Positions 39,645 to 50,038 of a stretch of 64,000 bases of DNA are shown piece by piece (positions within the stretch are counted from its first letter, which is position 1; each line of letters opens with the position of its first letter). The stretch is from a virus (Duplodnaviria > Caudoviricetes): the IMG/VR virus record IMGVR_UViG_3300001687_000013, positions 34,021 to 98,020 of that record; one strand, 5' to 3'. Position numbers and translations under genes: made by a program. The notes under the pieces were generated by a model. That model was not told where the DNA came from, ran no database searches, and saw only the letters and a program-made list of their open reading frames with translations.

Positions 39645-39647
39645 AAT

Positions 39648-40418
39648 TTATACCTCAAGGAATTCTTCATTTGGTATATCAACTTGAAAATAATCATATA
39701 TTTCATCTATAGTTGGTAACTTATAAGGTTCAAATTGAACATCAACTCTGGCATATAGAGGAACAAATACATCATCAGCTTCAGTAGCCCCTCTTGAGAC
39801 TCTGATCTGTTCTTTTGAATAATTTATATTCACACTCTTTATAATCTGATTTGGGGCCATAAACCACTGACCAATTGTAACCAGTACCGTACCTTTGGCA
39901 ACATAATTCTTATCTAAAGTTTTCAACTCTGTAGCATACCCCAAAGGTGCTCTGATAGTCAAAAGACCAGCATCAGAGGGATAAACAGTCTTTAGCATTT
40001 TTTTAGAATCACTAATTACTTTGTATCCAGAAGTCTCATCAGTACCTATCAACATAAATGATACATTAAAAGTTGGTTTATCAGTCCCAGACCATCTTGC
40101 CTTAGTTTGGTTAATATTTTTTACAACCCTTTGTGAAAGACCAGTCCCCCCAAACATATCAGGAAAAGCTGTATTCATAAGTGTAGTTGCACTATTCAAA
40201 ATATTGCTTGCTATCTCTTGTAAAGAAGAAACTAAACCACCAGCATCATATTGTGAACTTCCACCTATTGCAAATTCATTTATAGCAAACCCTTCAACAG
40301 ATTCACTCTTACCAGTCCCTCTCAATAATTTACTGATATTACTTTCTCCCCAATAAAATCCTATCTTAGCATTTGGATCATTTTTTAATTTATCAATTTC
40401 AAATTTTCTCTCAGCCAT
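39648..40418 (-). CDS. tail tube initiator/cap (gp48/gp54-like)
   Basis: Tube-like fold motifs (IKSVNINYS..PLYARVDVQF); follows the tape measure. Confidence 0.55.
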   Translation of the reverse strand: MAERKFEIDKLKNDPNAKIGFYWGESNISKLLRGTGKSESVEGFAINEFAIGGSSQYDAGGLVSSLQEIASNILNSATTLMNTAFPDMFGGTGLSQRVVKNINQTKARWSGTDKPTFNVSFMLIGTDETSGYKVISDSKKMLKTVYPSDAGLLTIRAPLGYATELKTLDKNYVAKGTVLVTIGQWFMAPNQIIKSVNINYSKEQIRVSRGATEADDVFVPLYARVDVQFEPYKLPTIDEIYDYFQVDIPNEEFLEV

Positions 40419-40420
40419 TT

Positions 40421-42244
40421 TTACCCCTTAACCATAATAGTCTGAACCATAGCTAATGAAGGATCATCAATCTGAACCTGTCTTCCAATTGGTGGAGGAG
40501 TAGGATTAATAATTGGAGGAGGAACATTTACTTGTATAGGTCTTTCTGTTCCTTCAGGTTTTTTAGTCTCCTCTCGTGCTCTTACACTTTCTGCAAGTTT
40601 TTCTGGACTAAATGCTTCCTCTGTTGGAGGAACAACAGCCCCAGGAGTGGCTTGTCCACTCATAATTTGCTGTAACATACCTTCTTCAAAAGGTGTTGAA
40701 TCTCTCAATACCCATTTTCCATCTTTTGTCTTTATCAACTGTCCTTGTTCTTTCAAGGACGTAAATCGTTCAACATAATCCTGGGTACTTACTCTTTCAC
40801 CTTCAGCCTGGGCTTTCTCCAATGGCTCCACAAATTTTTTAAAAGTTTCTGGCTCCATAGATTTTTCCCACCTGTCAAGTAAAACATCTTTATTCATTCC
40901 AGTCTCATCGAGACCTTTAGCTTCTCCAATACCTAACCAATCCCCTGCTTTTTGTATCCAGGGGCCAACAAACTTGTTTAATAGAGTCCCTACAAGTAAC
41001 CCACCAAGACCAGCAACAGCTATCCCTATAGTTGGTATTATAAGACTCCCTATAGTGGTCAAAGCAGGAGTCACAATACCAGCCATTTTTGTAGCCATTA
41101 CACCTGTTATACCACCTTCTTTGGTAAACATTTCAGCAACATCTGTGAAACTATCAACCCAGTCTCCCATCATGCCAAAACTACTTTTTCCTTTCTCATC
41201 TTTTTTATCAAAAATTGAGGGGACAATGGGTTTTACTTTGCCTTCGGTATTCTCTATAATCTCTCCTAATCGATCATGAGTCTTAGCAGCATGAATATCC
41301 TGATCATCTTCAAAATCTTTATTAGTACGAGCAATTTCACCGAGTTTATCAGACATTTTTCGTGACTGGTAAGTCTGTTTTTCAGCTTCCTGTATAGCCT
41401 TATCTTCTTTCTCAAATAACTTCTTTATTCCTGCTCCAACTGTTTTATCAATAATCTTACCAGTAGCATTTGAGACTGTTTCAGCAAAAGGCCCTAATAT
41501 TGGAAATAGAGCAGTATTTAATAAACCTCTTCCTGCTTGTCCAAGAGTTGACTCAGTAGTTTTAGCACTGAAGTTCTCCCAAGCACCAAGAAGTTTTTCT
41601 TGTTGCTCTTCTCTCTTTTTTCTAAGATCCAGTAGAACGTTTTTGTCTTCTTCTTGATTTTTCTTAATATCCTCAAGAGCTTCAACAGCATCTTCAGACG
41701 TTTCAATAGATCCAGGTGTTACAACACCACCTGTTTGAGTAACATATCCTTTTACTTCTTCAACTAATTGTTTTTTATAATCTAAATCGACTCTGCTATC
41801 CTCTGCCAATTTCTTATAATTAACCAGAATATCTTTAAGGCTTATACTCAAGGTATTGCCCATAGTCTCTAATTGTTGAGAAGCATTTTTAAGAGTAGAA
41901 AGGATCTCAGTCATTTGTTTCACACTGAGATCCTTTTCCCTTAAAATTTTATCTATAAGATCTTGATTAACTCCACTTAAAGAACCTACATCAGTTATAC
42001 CTGATTTTTCAAGTGTTGAACGGATCAGATCTAATTTTACAGCTATATCAATAAAGTCTTTCCTTGAAGTTTCAGAGAGGTTTATACTCATGTCTTGCAT
42101 TTTTTCTGGGAGTTCACTTAATAGCTTATCCAGATTATTCTGTTGATAAGCTTGAACCATTTTTATATAATTCAAAACGGAAGTGGCCCCAGAGGTAGAA
42201 GACTCCCCTCTTCCTAATAAGTTTCCGATCCTTTCAAAAGCCAT
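40421..42244 (-). CDS. tape measure protein
   Basis: Long helical protein with a hydrophobic segment, downstream of tube and chaperone. Confidence 0.7.
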   Translation of the reverse strand: MAFERIGNLLGRGESSTSGATSVLNYIKMVQAYQQNNLDKLLSELPEKMQDMSINLSETSRKDFIDIAVKLDLIRSTLEKSGITDVGSLSGVNQDLIDKILREKDLSVKQMTEILSTLKNASQQLETMGNTLSISLKDILVNYKKLAEDSRVDLDYKKQLVEEVKGYVTQTGGVVTPGSIETSEDAVEALEDIKKNQEEDKNVLLDLRKKREEQQEKLLGAWENFSAKTTESTLGQAGRGLLNTALFPILGPFAETVSNATGKIIDKTVGAGIKKLFEKEDKAIQEAEKQTYQSRKMSDKLGEIARTNKDFEDDQDIHAAKTHDRLGEIIENTEGKVKPIVPSIFDKKDEKGKSSFGMMGDWVDSFTDVAEMFTKEGGITGVMATKMAGIVTPALTTIGSLIIPTIGIAVAGLGGLLVGTLLNKFVGPWIQKAGDWLGIGEAKGLDETGMNKDVLLDRWEKSMEPETFKKFVEPLEKAQAEGERVSTQDYVERFTSLKEQGQLIKTKDGKWVLRDSTPFEEGMLQQIMSGQATPGAVVPPTEEAFSPEKLAESVRAREETKKPEGTERPIQVNVPPPIINPTPPPIGRQVQIDDPSLAMVQTIMVKG

Positions 42245-42254
42245 TTTTTAACCT

Positions 42255-42390
42255 TTATATCTTTATTAGAGATTTGTAGTGATTTACGACCCTATCATAA
42301 TCCATATAGTCAATATGATAGATATCAATTAAACCACTACGTGCCAAAACGAATTCCACCTCTCTCAGGAATTGTATCTGGACGAAAGGG
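42255..42390 (-). other. putative +1 programmed frameshift site (CCC.TTT.CGT.C at 42390-42381) and its +1-frame extension
   Basis: +1 frame is open for 43 codons (FVQIQFLREVEFVLARSGLIDIYHIDYMDYDRVVNHYKSLIKI*) and ends at the TMP RBS; the -1 frame stops within 9 codons. Confidence 0.6.
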
Positions 42391-43122
42391 CAAGATAACA
42401 ACACCACCTCCATCTATAGATACATTGATCTTGTTCCCACAAATACTAAAACTTTTATCTTCGTGGGTGATAGAATTCTGACAAATAACATTGATGGGCC
42501 TTAAACTGTGATAAAGAATCTTATCAATTTCATCTAAATTTCTCATATCATCGAGATCGATACATTTATAAATTGTATCGTAAGCCTCATCAAAACCTAT
42601 GTTTCTAACTTGAACTGCTAAACCAGCAGTCTTATTTCTGTATAAATTTTTTTTCAATAAAGTAAGGTAATCATTAACTGTGATAGGGGTAAAATGTAAT
42701 TCTTTACCATTTGATAAAGTAAGAATTACTGGCAACTTTGGGATCTGTAATTCGTCAAAATCCAATTTCTCAATGAGAAATTCAAATTTTCCCATATTAC
42801 CACATTTATCACACCTGTATTGTACTGTGAATTTACTACCTCCCAGAGTAGATAGTTTCCTATAAAGAGCAATGTGTAAATAATCACCAAATGTCAATTC
42901 ATAAGGATCGAAAGTAGTTTCTATCCCCTTCATGACAAATTTTATTTGCTCTTCATCAGATATCTTAGATCCACTTATCTCATTAATCTCTCCAAAACTG
43001 TAAGGTCTATAATGAATTTTAGATCCTTCAGGATATGGAAGAAAATTACTGGGTAAATTTTTCATTTCTACTTTTGGGAAGTTGCTTAGTTCAGTTTCAC
43101 CACTTAGCTTAGGTTTTAACAT
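42337..43122 (-). CDS. tail assembly chaperone / gp26-like baseplate hub assembly protein
   Basis: LPS..LPY, LTFGDY..RKLS.G...YRCDKCG; position before the TMP. Confidence 0.7.
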   Translation of the reverse strand: MLKPKLSGETELSNFPKVEMKNLPSNFLPYPEGSKIHYRPYSFGEINEISGSKISDEEQIKFVMKGIETTFDPYELTFGDYLHIALYRKLSTLGGSKFTVQYRCDKCGNMGKFEFLIEKLDFDELQIPKLPVILTLSNGKELHFTPITVNDYLTLLKKNLYRNKTAGLAVQVRNIGFDEAYDTIYKCIDLDDMRNLDEIDKILYHSLRPINVICQNSITHEDKSFSICGNKINVSIDGGGVVILPFRPDTIPERGGIRFGT

Positions 43123-43137
43123 TATCTCCCCTTCTTA

Positions 43138-43704
43138 TTATTCTTGTGTCTCGGACGTATATTCTTTCATAACCCTATTGTTATAAACAATATTTCTTAT
43201 CCTAACAATGTTAAAAGATAAAGAATATGTTGGGACATTGGCTTCAGAAGTTCCTGCATAACTAATTGTACCTTCAGGGTACACATCATAAACAGCAAGT
43301 CTAACCCAGTTTTTATTAACTATTCCAGATTCAAAACTATAGATATATTCCATAATCGTCATCTTTTTTACAGCATCAGAAAGCATTGCAACATATTGGT
43401 ATCTATTAGGTTCACCAAGGATAATATCATTTATCCATTCGGTAAACCACCTCTTTAAAGATCCCAAATAATCATCCACAAATGTTATTTCAACAGTCAA
43501 TGCCTGGGAGTTCAATGGAACTTTATAATTAGACAAATAACCATCAAAAGTATGTGAATTCAATGCTGCAAGATCTTCCTTAACATCTGTAGCTGGGAAG
43601 AAATTATTTCTGAAGGGTGGGGGAGTATCATCAAGCAGAATTTCCCACTGATAACTTTTCCCCCAATTAACCTTCCTCATCTGATCAATTCTATCCAATA
43701 ACAC
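43138..43704 (-). CDS. second tail tube-like protein (gp54/gp19-like)
   Basis: ITFVDD...WFTEW..VYP; similar to the adjacent tube protein. Confidence 0.65.
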   Translation of the reverse strand: MLLDRIDQMRKVNWGKSYQWEILLDDTPPPFRNNFFPATDVKEDLAALNSHTFDGYLSNYKVPLNSQALTVEITFVDDYLGSLKRWFTEWINDIILGEPNRYQYVAMLSDAVKKMTIMEYIYSFESGIVNKNWVRLAVYDVYPEGTISYAGTSEANVPTYSLSFNIVRIRNIVYNNRVMKEYTSETQE

Positions 43705-43716
43705 TTTTAAAATTCC

Positions 43717-44247
43717 TTAAACGAGTTTAGTATCCTCAAAATAATCGTATGAGAGCATTAAACTTGGTCTCAATACGTCACTGGTATCTCCACCAAGAGG
43801 CCCACCAGTAGGATCATAATCTTCCAAAAAACAACCTATAAGCTTATACTGCCAAATGGCATTATCATTTGTATCGAGCAGATGTAGAATTATTGTTCCT
43901 TCAAGATCGGATTTAGGAGCAGCACGACCAGTTTTTGTGGCCCAACATGCATCTCTCCAACGTTTGAAGAAATCATTAACCATACCATCTACAGTCTCAA
44001 CAAATGTAAAAGTTATAGGAGTATTATAATTATATATCCCTGGTTGTCTGATTCTATGACCCCTAATATTTACTTCAATAGAAGTTCCTGTCATCTTAGG
44101 AACTTCTGAAGATAAACATCGAATATTTAAGTCATCAGAACTTGGATAAGGAGCACCAGCAGCAGGAAACTTAACTATTGTTAAGTCCCATGTATACATC
44201 CTGGCATAATCGCCAGCAGTTCTAATTTGATCAATAGTTGGTCTCAC
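43717..44247 (-). CDS. tail tube protein (gp19-like)
   Basis: RCLSSEVP..IEVNIRG..PG..ITFTFVE..W..LSYDYF; follows the sheath. Confidence 0.85.
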   Translation of the reverse strand: MRPTIDQIRTAGDYARMYTWDLTIVKFPAAGAPYPSSDDLNIRCLSSEVPKMTGTSIEVNIRGHRIRQPGIYNYNTPITFTFVETVDGMVNDFFKRWRDACWATKTGRAAPKSDLEGTIILHLLDTNDNAIWQYKLIGCFLEDYDPTGGPLGGDTSDVLRPSLMLSYDYFEDTKLV

Positions 44248-44259
44248 GATATCCTCCCA

Positions 44260-46611
44260 TTATAGTGAAGCAGCAGCTAAGGAGAACTCAGTTCCAGTTC
44301 TGGTAATAACTACTGTAAAATTAATATATTCAATACTTTGTACTGGCTTAATAAATAGCCATACATTAAGTCTATGATTGTCAATATCCTCAGGAGTATT
44401 GTTTGTGTCATCACATATGGTCATATATTCATAAACACCCCTACGTGCTTGAATATCATCCATATAAGAATCAATAATAGACTTTACAATTGCTCTTGTA
44501 GTTGCATCATTGATTTCAAATTCAAAATCTTCCAAAGCTACCTTAATAGCAGGTTCAATAACCAATAGCAGCAATCTTACATTCAAGCGATCAAGTGAAG
44601 ATGGTCTTGATAATAATGTCTTCTGACCCCATACCAAAATTCCTCTACCAGGAGCAAACCTTAGTGGGTTAATTCCATTATCATACAAATAATCCATTTC
44701 AGCACTTGAGAATCTTCGTCTAAGATCCAATACTTCAATTATACCACGTCTGAAACCAGCAGGTGGATACCACATTTCATAATTAGCAGCAGTATCAGAA
44801 ATAACACCAGCAGCATAACCATCGGGTGGAACATATAGATAACGATCATTAAACTTATCATAAATCTTAACATGAGGACAGTATAAACTTGCATAAGACG
44901 AACTAACATTTAATACTGTTCTTCGATAATCGATTATCTCATTAAGATAGTTAGAACTTGCTTCCCTATCGTAAGGAGTTGACAAGATTGCTACACAGTC
45001 TTGTCTTTCTTCAGCCAAACTAACCAATGCCTGTTGATATGGAGCAGTAGCCCTACCACCATCCAGTAACAGGGTAATAGGAACATCATCTGGATTGGCT
45101 ATTTTACTTAACCCTTGGATCATGTGCCCGTCTGTTACAGGATCAGAATCTTCACCCTCTGCAAAACTTAACCGTGTAAGCTGTTCTTGTGGATAGAGAG
45201 TTGTAGGATCACTGGTATCAGGATCTATATCTGGATTAGACATACCACGAATATAATTAGATCCCTCAAGTACATCTTCTATAAAAATGTTTCTTCCATG
45301 ACCATCTTTCTTACCTTCGATCCTTGAACAAATAAAAGACTCTTCCATAGAAGTAGCACTTTTATAAGTCTTATAAACTTCAATAAGAAAAGATTCAGGC
45401 TCTTTTACTCTCTCTTGTGCAGGTCTAATTGTAAAAGCACCACTTGAGGCTCTTGGTACAATACTACCATCACCATCAGCAGTAAGATCTATTGCCAAAC
45501 CTACTTGAGAGTCTTCATAAGAAGCAGCTAATTGAATAGTTGTTTCACTGATATGAATAGTATAATAATCTATCCCTTCGGATAATCCACCAGGAAGACC
45601 ACTACCAGTATCAGTTACTTGAACCTTAACACCAGTAGGCCAATACTCGGCTACAGTCAACAGATCATTGACAGCAGTTCCAGTAAAGGTCTCAGTGTCT
45701 AATAAGTCTACTTCTTTAGGTGTAATTGTATGTACACCAGTTCCATTATCGGTAATATCTATATAATCGTTAGCAACAGCATCAGCTTCAGTTGTAGCTA
45801 ACCTAATTTTACCAATTTCTGTATCATTACTATAAGATACATAAATCACATAATATGTTGTTCCAGTTGCTAAACCAGCAGGTAAAGTACCAGTGGTTGT
45901 CAACTCAACAGCAGTTCCAGTAGCCCACTTCTGTCCAAGTGTTAATTCATCTGAATTAAAGTCAGCAGTAAAGTCTTCTGGCCTTTGTGAAACTGGGGAC
46001 AGTTTTATTGAAGTTGCAGATTGTCTTAAAACATAATATATATCCCCTGCTGTTAGAGGAGCAGGAAGAATACCATCTGTTGAAACAGCAACATCAATAC
46101 TGGTTGTCCAATCTTGAGTTACAGCTAATTCATTGGTAGAAACATTAACTGTAAAATTTTCTGAAGCATAATATTTGTACATTTTTATACTAATATCATT
46201 GCCCCAGACCCCAGGATTAGCAGAAAATAGAGTAAATAACTCATTTGTATCAAAGGTATAACTTGATTCAGGGTTACTCTGCCCAGAAGTCCAAGCAACA
46301 TTAGGATTGTCCATTTCCATAGCTCTAAATCCACCAAATAGAGCACCATTAGCTATTCTTAAAATCCAAAGTTTATCAGATTTCTTTAAATATGCTAATG
46401 AAGAAAAATAGGACATATCCCAACCCACTTCAATAGTTTCATTAGGGGTGTATTGTTTGAGTAACTCTGTATCAGACGTACAAAGATATGCTTCCTCTGT
46501 CATACCTTTCTTGGCATCAGGGATTAAAATAGCCCCATAAACTCCTGGAAAAGATGGAACCCTTGTTGATATATCAATTTCTCTTAAATTTACTTTTGCA
46601 GAACCCATCAA
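44260..46611 (-). CDS. tail sheath protein (gp18-like)
   Basis: REID N-terminus, VPPDG, WYPPAGFRRG, GINP, WGQKTL, LDRLNVRLL, FEIND, IKPV..IEYI. Confidence 0.95.
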   Translation of the reverse strand: MMGSAKVNLREIDISTRVPSFPGVYGAILIPDAKKGMTEEAYLCTSDTELLKQYTPNETIEVGWDMSYFSSLAYLKKSDKLWILRIANGALFGGFRAMEMDNPNVAWTSGQSNPESSYTFDTNELFTLFSANPGVWGNDISIKMYKYYASENFTVNVSTNELAVTQDWTTSIDVAVSTDGILPAPLTAGDIYYVLRQSATSIKLSPVSQRPEDFTADFNSDELTLGQKWATGTAVELTTTGTLPAGLATGTTYYVIYVSYSNDTEIGKIRLATTEADAVANDYIDITDNGTGVHTITPKEVDLLDTETFTGTAVNDLLTVAEYWPTGVKVQVTDTGSGLPGGLSEGIDYYTIHISETTIQLAASYEDSQVGLAIDLTADGDGSIVPRASSGAFTIRPAQERVKEPESFLIEVYKTYKSATSMEESFICSRIEGKKDGHGRNIFIEDVLEGSNYIRGMSNPDIDPDTSDPTTLYPQEQLTRLSFAEGEDSDPVTDGHMIQGLSKIANPDDVPITLLLDGGRATAPYQQALVSLAEERQDCVAILSTPYDREASSNYLNEIIDYRRTVLNVSSSYASLYCPHVKIYDKFNDRYLYVPPDGYAAGVISDTAANYEMWYPPAGFRRGIIEVLDLRRRFSSAEMDYLYDNGINPLRFAPGRGILVWGQKTLLSRPSSLDRLNVRLLLLVIEPAIKVALEDFEFEINDATTRAIVKSIIDSYMDDIQARRGVYEYMTICDDTNNTPEDIDNHRLNVWLFIKPVQSIEYINFTVVITRTGTEFSLAAASL

Positions 46612-46646
46612 TTTCTCCTTAAATTATACAACTAAAATGAAATACA

Positions 46647-46829
46647 TTAATTTGTCTCCTTAATCTTATAAGGGACAAAAACAACACCGTTAGGTAACGC
46701 ACCTAACTTATTTTTATTTATCTTTTTAATTTTTCCTCTGGGTGGTACAACAATTGCACTACCAGCATAGGATAAGTATACAGGATGATCTTTTCTACTG
46801 ATTACATCACCAATATTACTTATAATCAT
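46647..46829 (-). CDS. small hypothetical protein
   Basis: GAGGT RBS, upstream of the sheath. Confidence 0.55.
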   Translation of the reverse strand: MIISNIGDVISRKDHPVYLSYAGSAIVVPPRGKIKKINKNKLGALPNGVVFVPYKIKETN

Positions 46830-46840
46830 ATATTACCTCT

Positions 46841-47524
46841 CTAATTCTTCTCATATGTAGACTCTGGAACAACTTCTATTGTAGTTCTACCAGGATAAAG
46901 TTTTGGTACTGCTTGAACCCCACTACCATCATAAGTTTCTAAATAAATCTTATAACGTGGATAGTAGATAAGACTGGCTGTACCTGGATCAGGAATAGCA
47001 ACTGGAAAACCTAATACAACATTACAAGTCAAAATAACTAAAGATCCATAATTATCCAAATCCTCTTTTGATATAGAAGTAGGTGTCCACTCTTTAACAA
47101 TAGACACTATTTCCCCTATTTCTGGGACAGTCACTTGAAAACTTGACCTTGGATCTCTAACTAACAAAAACTCTTCTAAACCTTCTAACATATATATTGA
47201 TGAACTAACAAAAGCAATGCTGACCTGAAGGTCTCCATATCTGGCTTTAAAAGTTTTACCATCAGAATGTCTAACGGGTATAAACTTTCTACCCTGAACT
47301 TCGGAAGGGATTAAGACTTCTCTGTTCCAAAGCATAACCAACCAATTTGGATCACCAGTTTGTACTTTTAAGTCAACATCACTTCTTACAGTAACAACCC
47401 TTGCTTCTGCATCCCAGGCAAGAGTTGGTTCATATATTATCTCAGAAAATATAGGAAATCCTTGACCACTTATTTCTGTATGTACACTTTGTAGGTATGT
47501 ATTTAATACTGAGGAAATTATCAT
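46841..47524 (-). CDS. tail terminator/completion protein (gp15-like)
   Basis: Synteny between neck and sheath; size. Confidence 0.45.
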   Translation of the reverse strand: MIISSVLNTYLQSVHTEISGQGFPIFSEIIYEPTLAWDAEARVVTVRSDVDLKVQTGDPNWLVMLWNREVLIPSEVQGRKFIPVRHSDGKTFKARYGDLQVSIAFVSSSIYMLEGLEEFLLVRDPRSSFQVTVPEIGEIVSIVKEWTPTSISKEDLDNYGSLVILTCNVVLGFPVAIPDPGTASLIYYPRYKIYLETYDGSGVQAVPKLYPGRTTIEVVPESTYEKN

Positions 47525-48369
47525 AATTTAACCTCCATAGCAATACATTCATATAACCTTACCATTTCCTCATCATAACCATAAATAGTCCTAACATCTA
47601 TAATTTTAAAAGGATAGACATAGTTATCATAAGTTTTTGCAAGTACCTTACTATTCTCTGGAAACTCTATTTCATTATCTGTTAAAATGTAGAGATTTGG
47701 AAAGGTATAAGTATCGATAGTTTTATCTGATAAAAACCTTCTTGTGTAAAAATCTCCACCAAGGAGCAAAAATCTTCCAGAAACATTGGGTATTTCATTG
47801 TATGAATATAAATTATCTTTCTTGTTATAAATATTTAATTGATCTGTTGATGGTTTAACACTTACATAATCCCATCTTGAATATCCCCCATCTGGCCCAG
47901 AATCTCTCATATTAAACCAGGTAGTGGTAGTAGTAGCAACAAAAGTTCCAGCCAAAACTCCTGCTCCGATCTCATCACTTTGATAGAGATCAAATCCTTT
48001 AGCAGTAGTGCCTATTTCCAATCTATTGTTGGTATGATCAGTATCCGCTATTCTGGATACATATCTATATCTTTGTCCTATTGTTGTCATAAAACTTTGA
48101 TATGCATACATATCTTGCTGGATAAGTTGCTGAAATTTAACAGCTTCATTATCCCAAAAAATAGATCCTCCCCCAGCACCAACCTCTAATGTCCAATTTG
48201 ACAGATCCGTCTCAAATTTATTATTCAATATTGATTCAGATCCTAATTGTTCATTATATGGAAAATAGATGTTACAATCAAGTCCACGGATCTCAGAGAG
48301 TTCGGGAATAATATTGTAGCAATTCTCACCCATGCTTTTAAATAATTCATATAATACATCTATTTCCAT
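47521..48369 (-). CDS. head-closure (gp14-like) protein with an inserted CBM4/9-like domain
   Basis: Synteny; insert LNNKFETDLSNW...YQSF...WDYVSVK. Confidence 0.5.
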   Translation of the reverse strand: MEIDVLYELFKSMGENCYNIIPELSEIRGLDCNIYFPYNEQLGSESILNNKFETDLSNWTLEVGAGGGSIFWDNEAVKFQQLIQQDMYAYQSFMTTIGQRYRYVSRIADTDHTNNRLEIGTTAKGFDLYQSDEIGAGVLAGTFVATTTTTWFNMRDSGPDGGYSRWDYVSVKPSTDQLNIYNKKDNLYSYNEIPNVSGRFLLLGGDFYTRRFLSDKTIDTYTFPNLYILTDNEIEFPENSKVLAKTYDNYVYPFKIIDVRTIYGYDEEMVRLYECIAMEVKL

Positions 48370-48380
48370 AGTTTCTCCAA

Positions 48381-48947
48381 TTAGACATTAATCAAAACTC
48401 CCCTTGATTGTAACTCTAAAGCCATTTGGTATAAATGTTTACAAACACAAGGTAATTTATCAGGGTTTGGTGAAGGACGTGTGGTAGTCTTTCTTACATA
48501 AGGTCTTGCTTTTCTATTTGGAGCTAAAGCCCCAGCCTTAGCAAGATACCACTCACAAGCAAAACGAAACCACATACATCCACAGAATACCCTAACAGGA
48601 TGTCTTCTAATGGTTATTCTTTCAGCATATCGTGTTACAACACCTTCACGCTTAGATTCTATTCGCACTGGAATAACATGTTTACCATCTCTTTTATCAC
48701 TAAAATCTACATTAAAAAATATCATAGTCAATGGATACTGTTGAGTACCATAGGCTAATCCATCAAATCTTACCCATTTAACTCCTGCAAATGCTGATGT
48801 TTTAATAATCTTAATAGTCCTATCCTGTTTATGAGGATATCCTAAAACTTTTTGAGCATTATCCAACAGCGTTCTAAGGGTTAAGTGAGCTTTCATTCTT
48901 CTATTAGCCTCACTTATTGCCATGAGCAACCTCCATGATTTATTCAT
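48381..48947 (-). CDS. SWIM zinc-finger protein with leader (MNKSWRLLMAISE)
   Basis: VFCGC...CKH SWIM signature. Confidence 0.7.
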   Translation of the reverse strand: MNKSWRLLMAISEANRRMKAHLTLRTLLDNAQKVLGYPHKQDRTIKIIKTSAFAGVKWVRFDGLAYGTQQYPLTMIFFNVDFSDKRDGKHVIPVRIESKREGVVTRYAERITIRRHPVRVFCGCMWFRFACEWYLAKAGALAPNRKARPYVRKTTTRPSPNPDKLPCVCKHLYQMALELQSRGVLINV

Positions 48948-48970
48948 TAAATTGTCCTTAGAATAATAAT

Positions 48971-49450
48971 TTATTCCTCTTTCATATTTGATCCAGCACC
49001 ATTTACTGTTACTGTATCTTTTACTACTGAAACGTTACCAACTTCTGTTCCAAAAATATTTGCCAACTCATCTACCATACCTGGTGATTCAGGAACGGCA
49101 GGAGAAACAACTACTGAGAAATCGAAGTTTTTGAAATCGAATTGACTCTGTACAACCTTATAATCTTGACCAGTCTTGGAGTTTAGATAATCAACAAGAA
49201 CAGCCAATGTATTTTGTTTGTCATACTCATCCATCTGCTCATTGACTTTATTATCTTCCTTAGATTCATGAACAGGAGTCATAATGGATTGACACATAGG
49301 GCACATAATACTTTCTGCATCAGAGGGGCCTACGTTAGAATAGCCACATTCTGAACAGGTAAAAGAAGAAGTCTTACCAGCCATTACGTGACCCAGTTCT
49401 CTTAGTTCTGTACCTTCAGCTAACTTAAGTAAATCTTTAGCTTTTGACAT
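48971..49450 (-). CDS. zinc-ribbon protein with leader (MSKAKDLLKLAE)
   Basis: CSECG...CPMCQ; AGGAGG RBS. Confidence 0.65.
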   Translation of the reverse strand: MSKAKDLLKLAEGTELRELGHVMAGKTSSFTCSECGYSNVGPSDAESIMCPMCQSIMTPVHESKEDNKVNEQMDEYDKQNTLAVLVDYLNSKTGQDYKVVQSQFDFKNFDFSVVVSPAVPESPGMVDELANIFGTEVGNVSVVKDTVTVNGAGSNMKEE

Positions 49451-49472
49451 TTAAAATTCCTCCTAAATTAAA

Positions 49473-50030
49473 TTAAAAGTCTAAAGGAGAGAGTTGTTGT
49501 ATCTCTTCCTTTAGAGTGGTATATTCACTATCTGCTTCAGAGTAGAGTTCTCCACCCTGAAAATCAATTGGTAAGTCAGGTAATTGACCACCTTTCCTAC
49601 GTTTATTACTACAATAAAATTTTATATGGACTTGTATAAATCTGCTAAGTAAGGGTTTTTCATCAAGAAGATCATTGTCTACGGTCTCAAGTGTCCATTT
49701 ATAACCCGTCCTTAAAAAATAATCCCCTGGATCTATCCATAGATCGGGCTTTTCATACAACCAATTATAAACTAAACTTCCTTGTGTAGTATCTGGGACT
49801 GCCCCAATAGCATAGTAATATATTCTAAAAATATACTCTGGGACATTTGTGTCTGGAAATGTATAGGGTTTATCAGATACAAACAAAGATTCTGTTTTAG
49901 TTCTTGGATCATATTTATTGTAATAATTTATAGCATCTCTAAATGCTTTACTAATTATTCCGTCCGTGAGTTCCCTCTCGGTAAATGGAACTATTTCTAA
50001 ATATCTTTGTCTTAATTCATCTACTGTCAT
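49473..50030 (-). CDS. head-tail adaptor / neck protein (gp13-like)
   Basis: AINYYNKYDP...R...LPI...G.ELY.EA..E pattern; synteny. Confidence 0.65.
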   Translation of the reverse strand: MTVDELRQRYLEIVPFTERELTDGIISKAFRDAINYYNKYDPRTKTESLFVSDKPYTFPDTNVPEYIFRIYYYAIGAVPDTTQGSLVYNWLYEKPDLWIDPGDYFLRTGYKWTLETVDNDLLDEKPLLSRFIQVHIKFYCSNKRRKGGQLPDLPIDFQGGELYSEADSEYTTLKEEIQQLSPLDF

Positions 50031-50038
50031 TTTCCTAT

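Noticed and set aside
19432..46611. Interpretation as an eCIS/T6SS/tailocin locus (two sheaths, two tubes, VgrG-like spike, PAAR)
   Set aside because: TerL, portal, protease, scaffold and MCP lie in the same block, so this is a complete phage.
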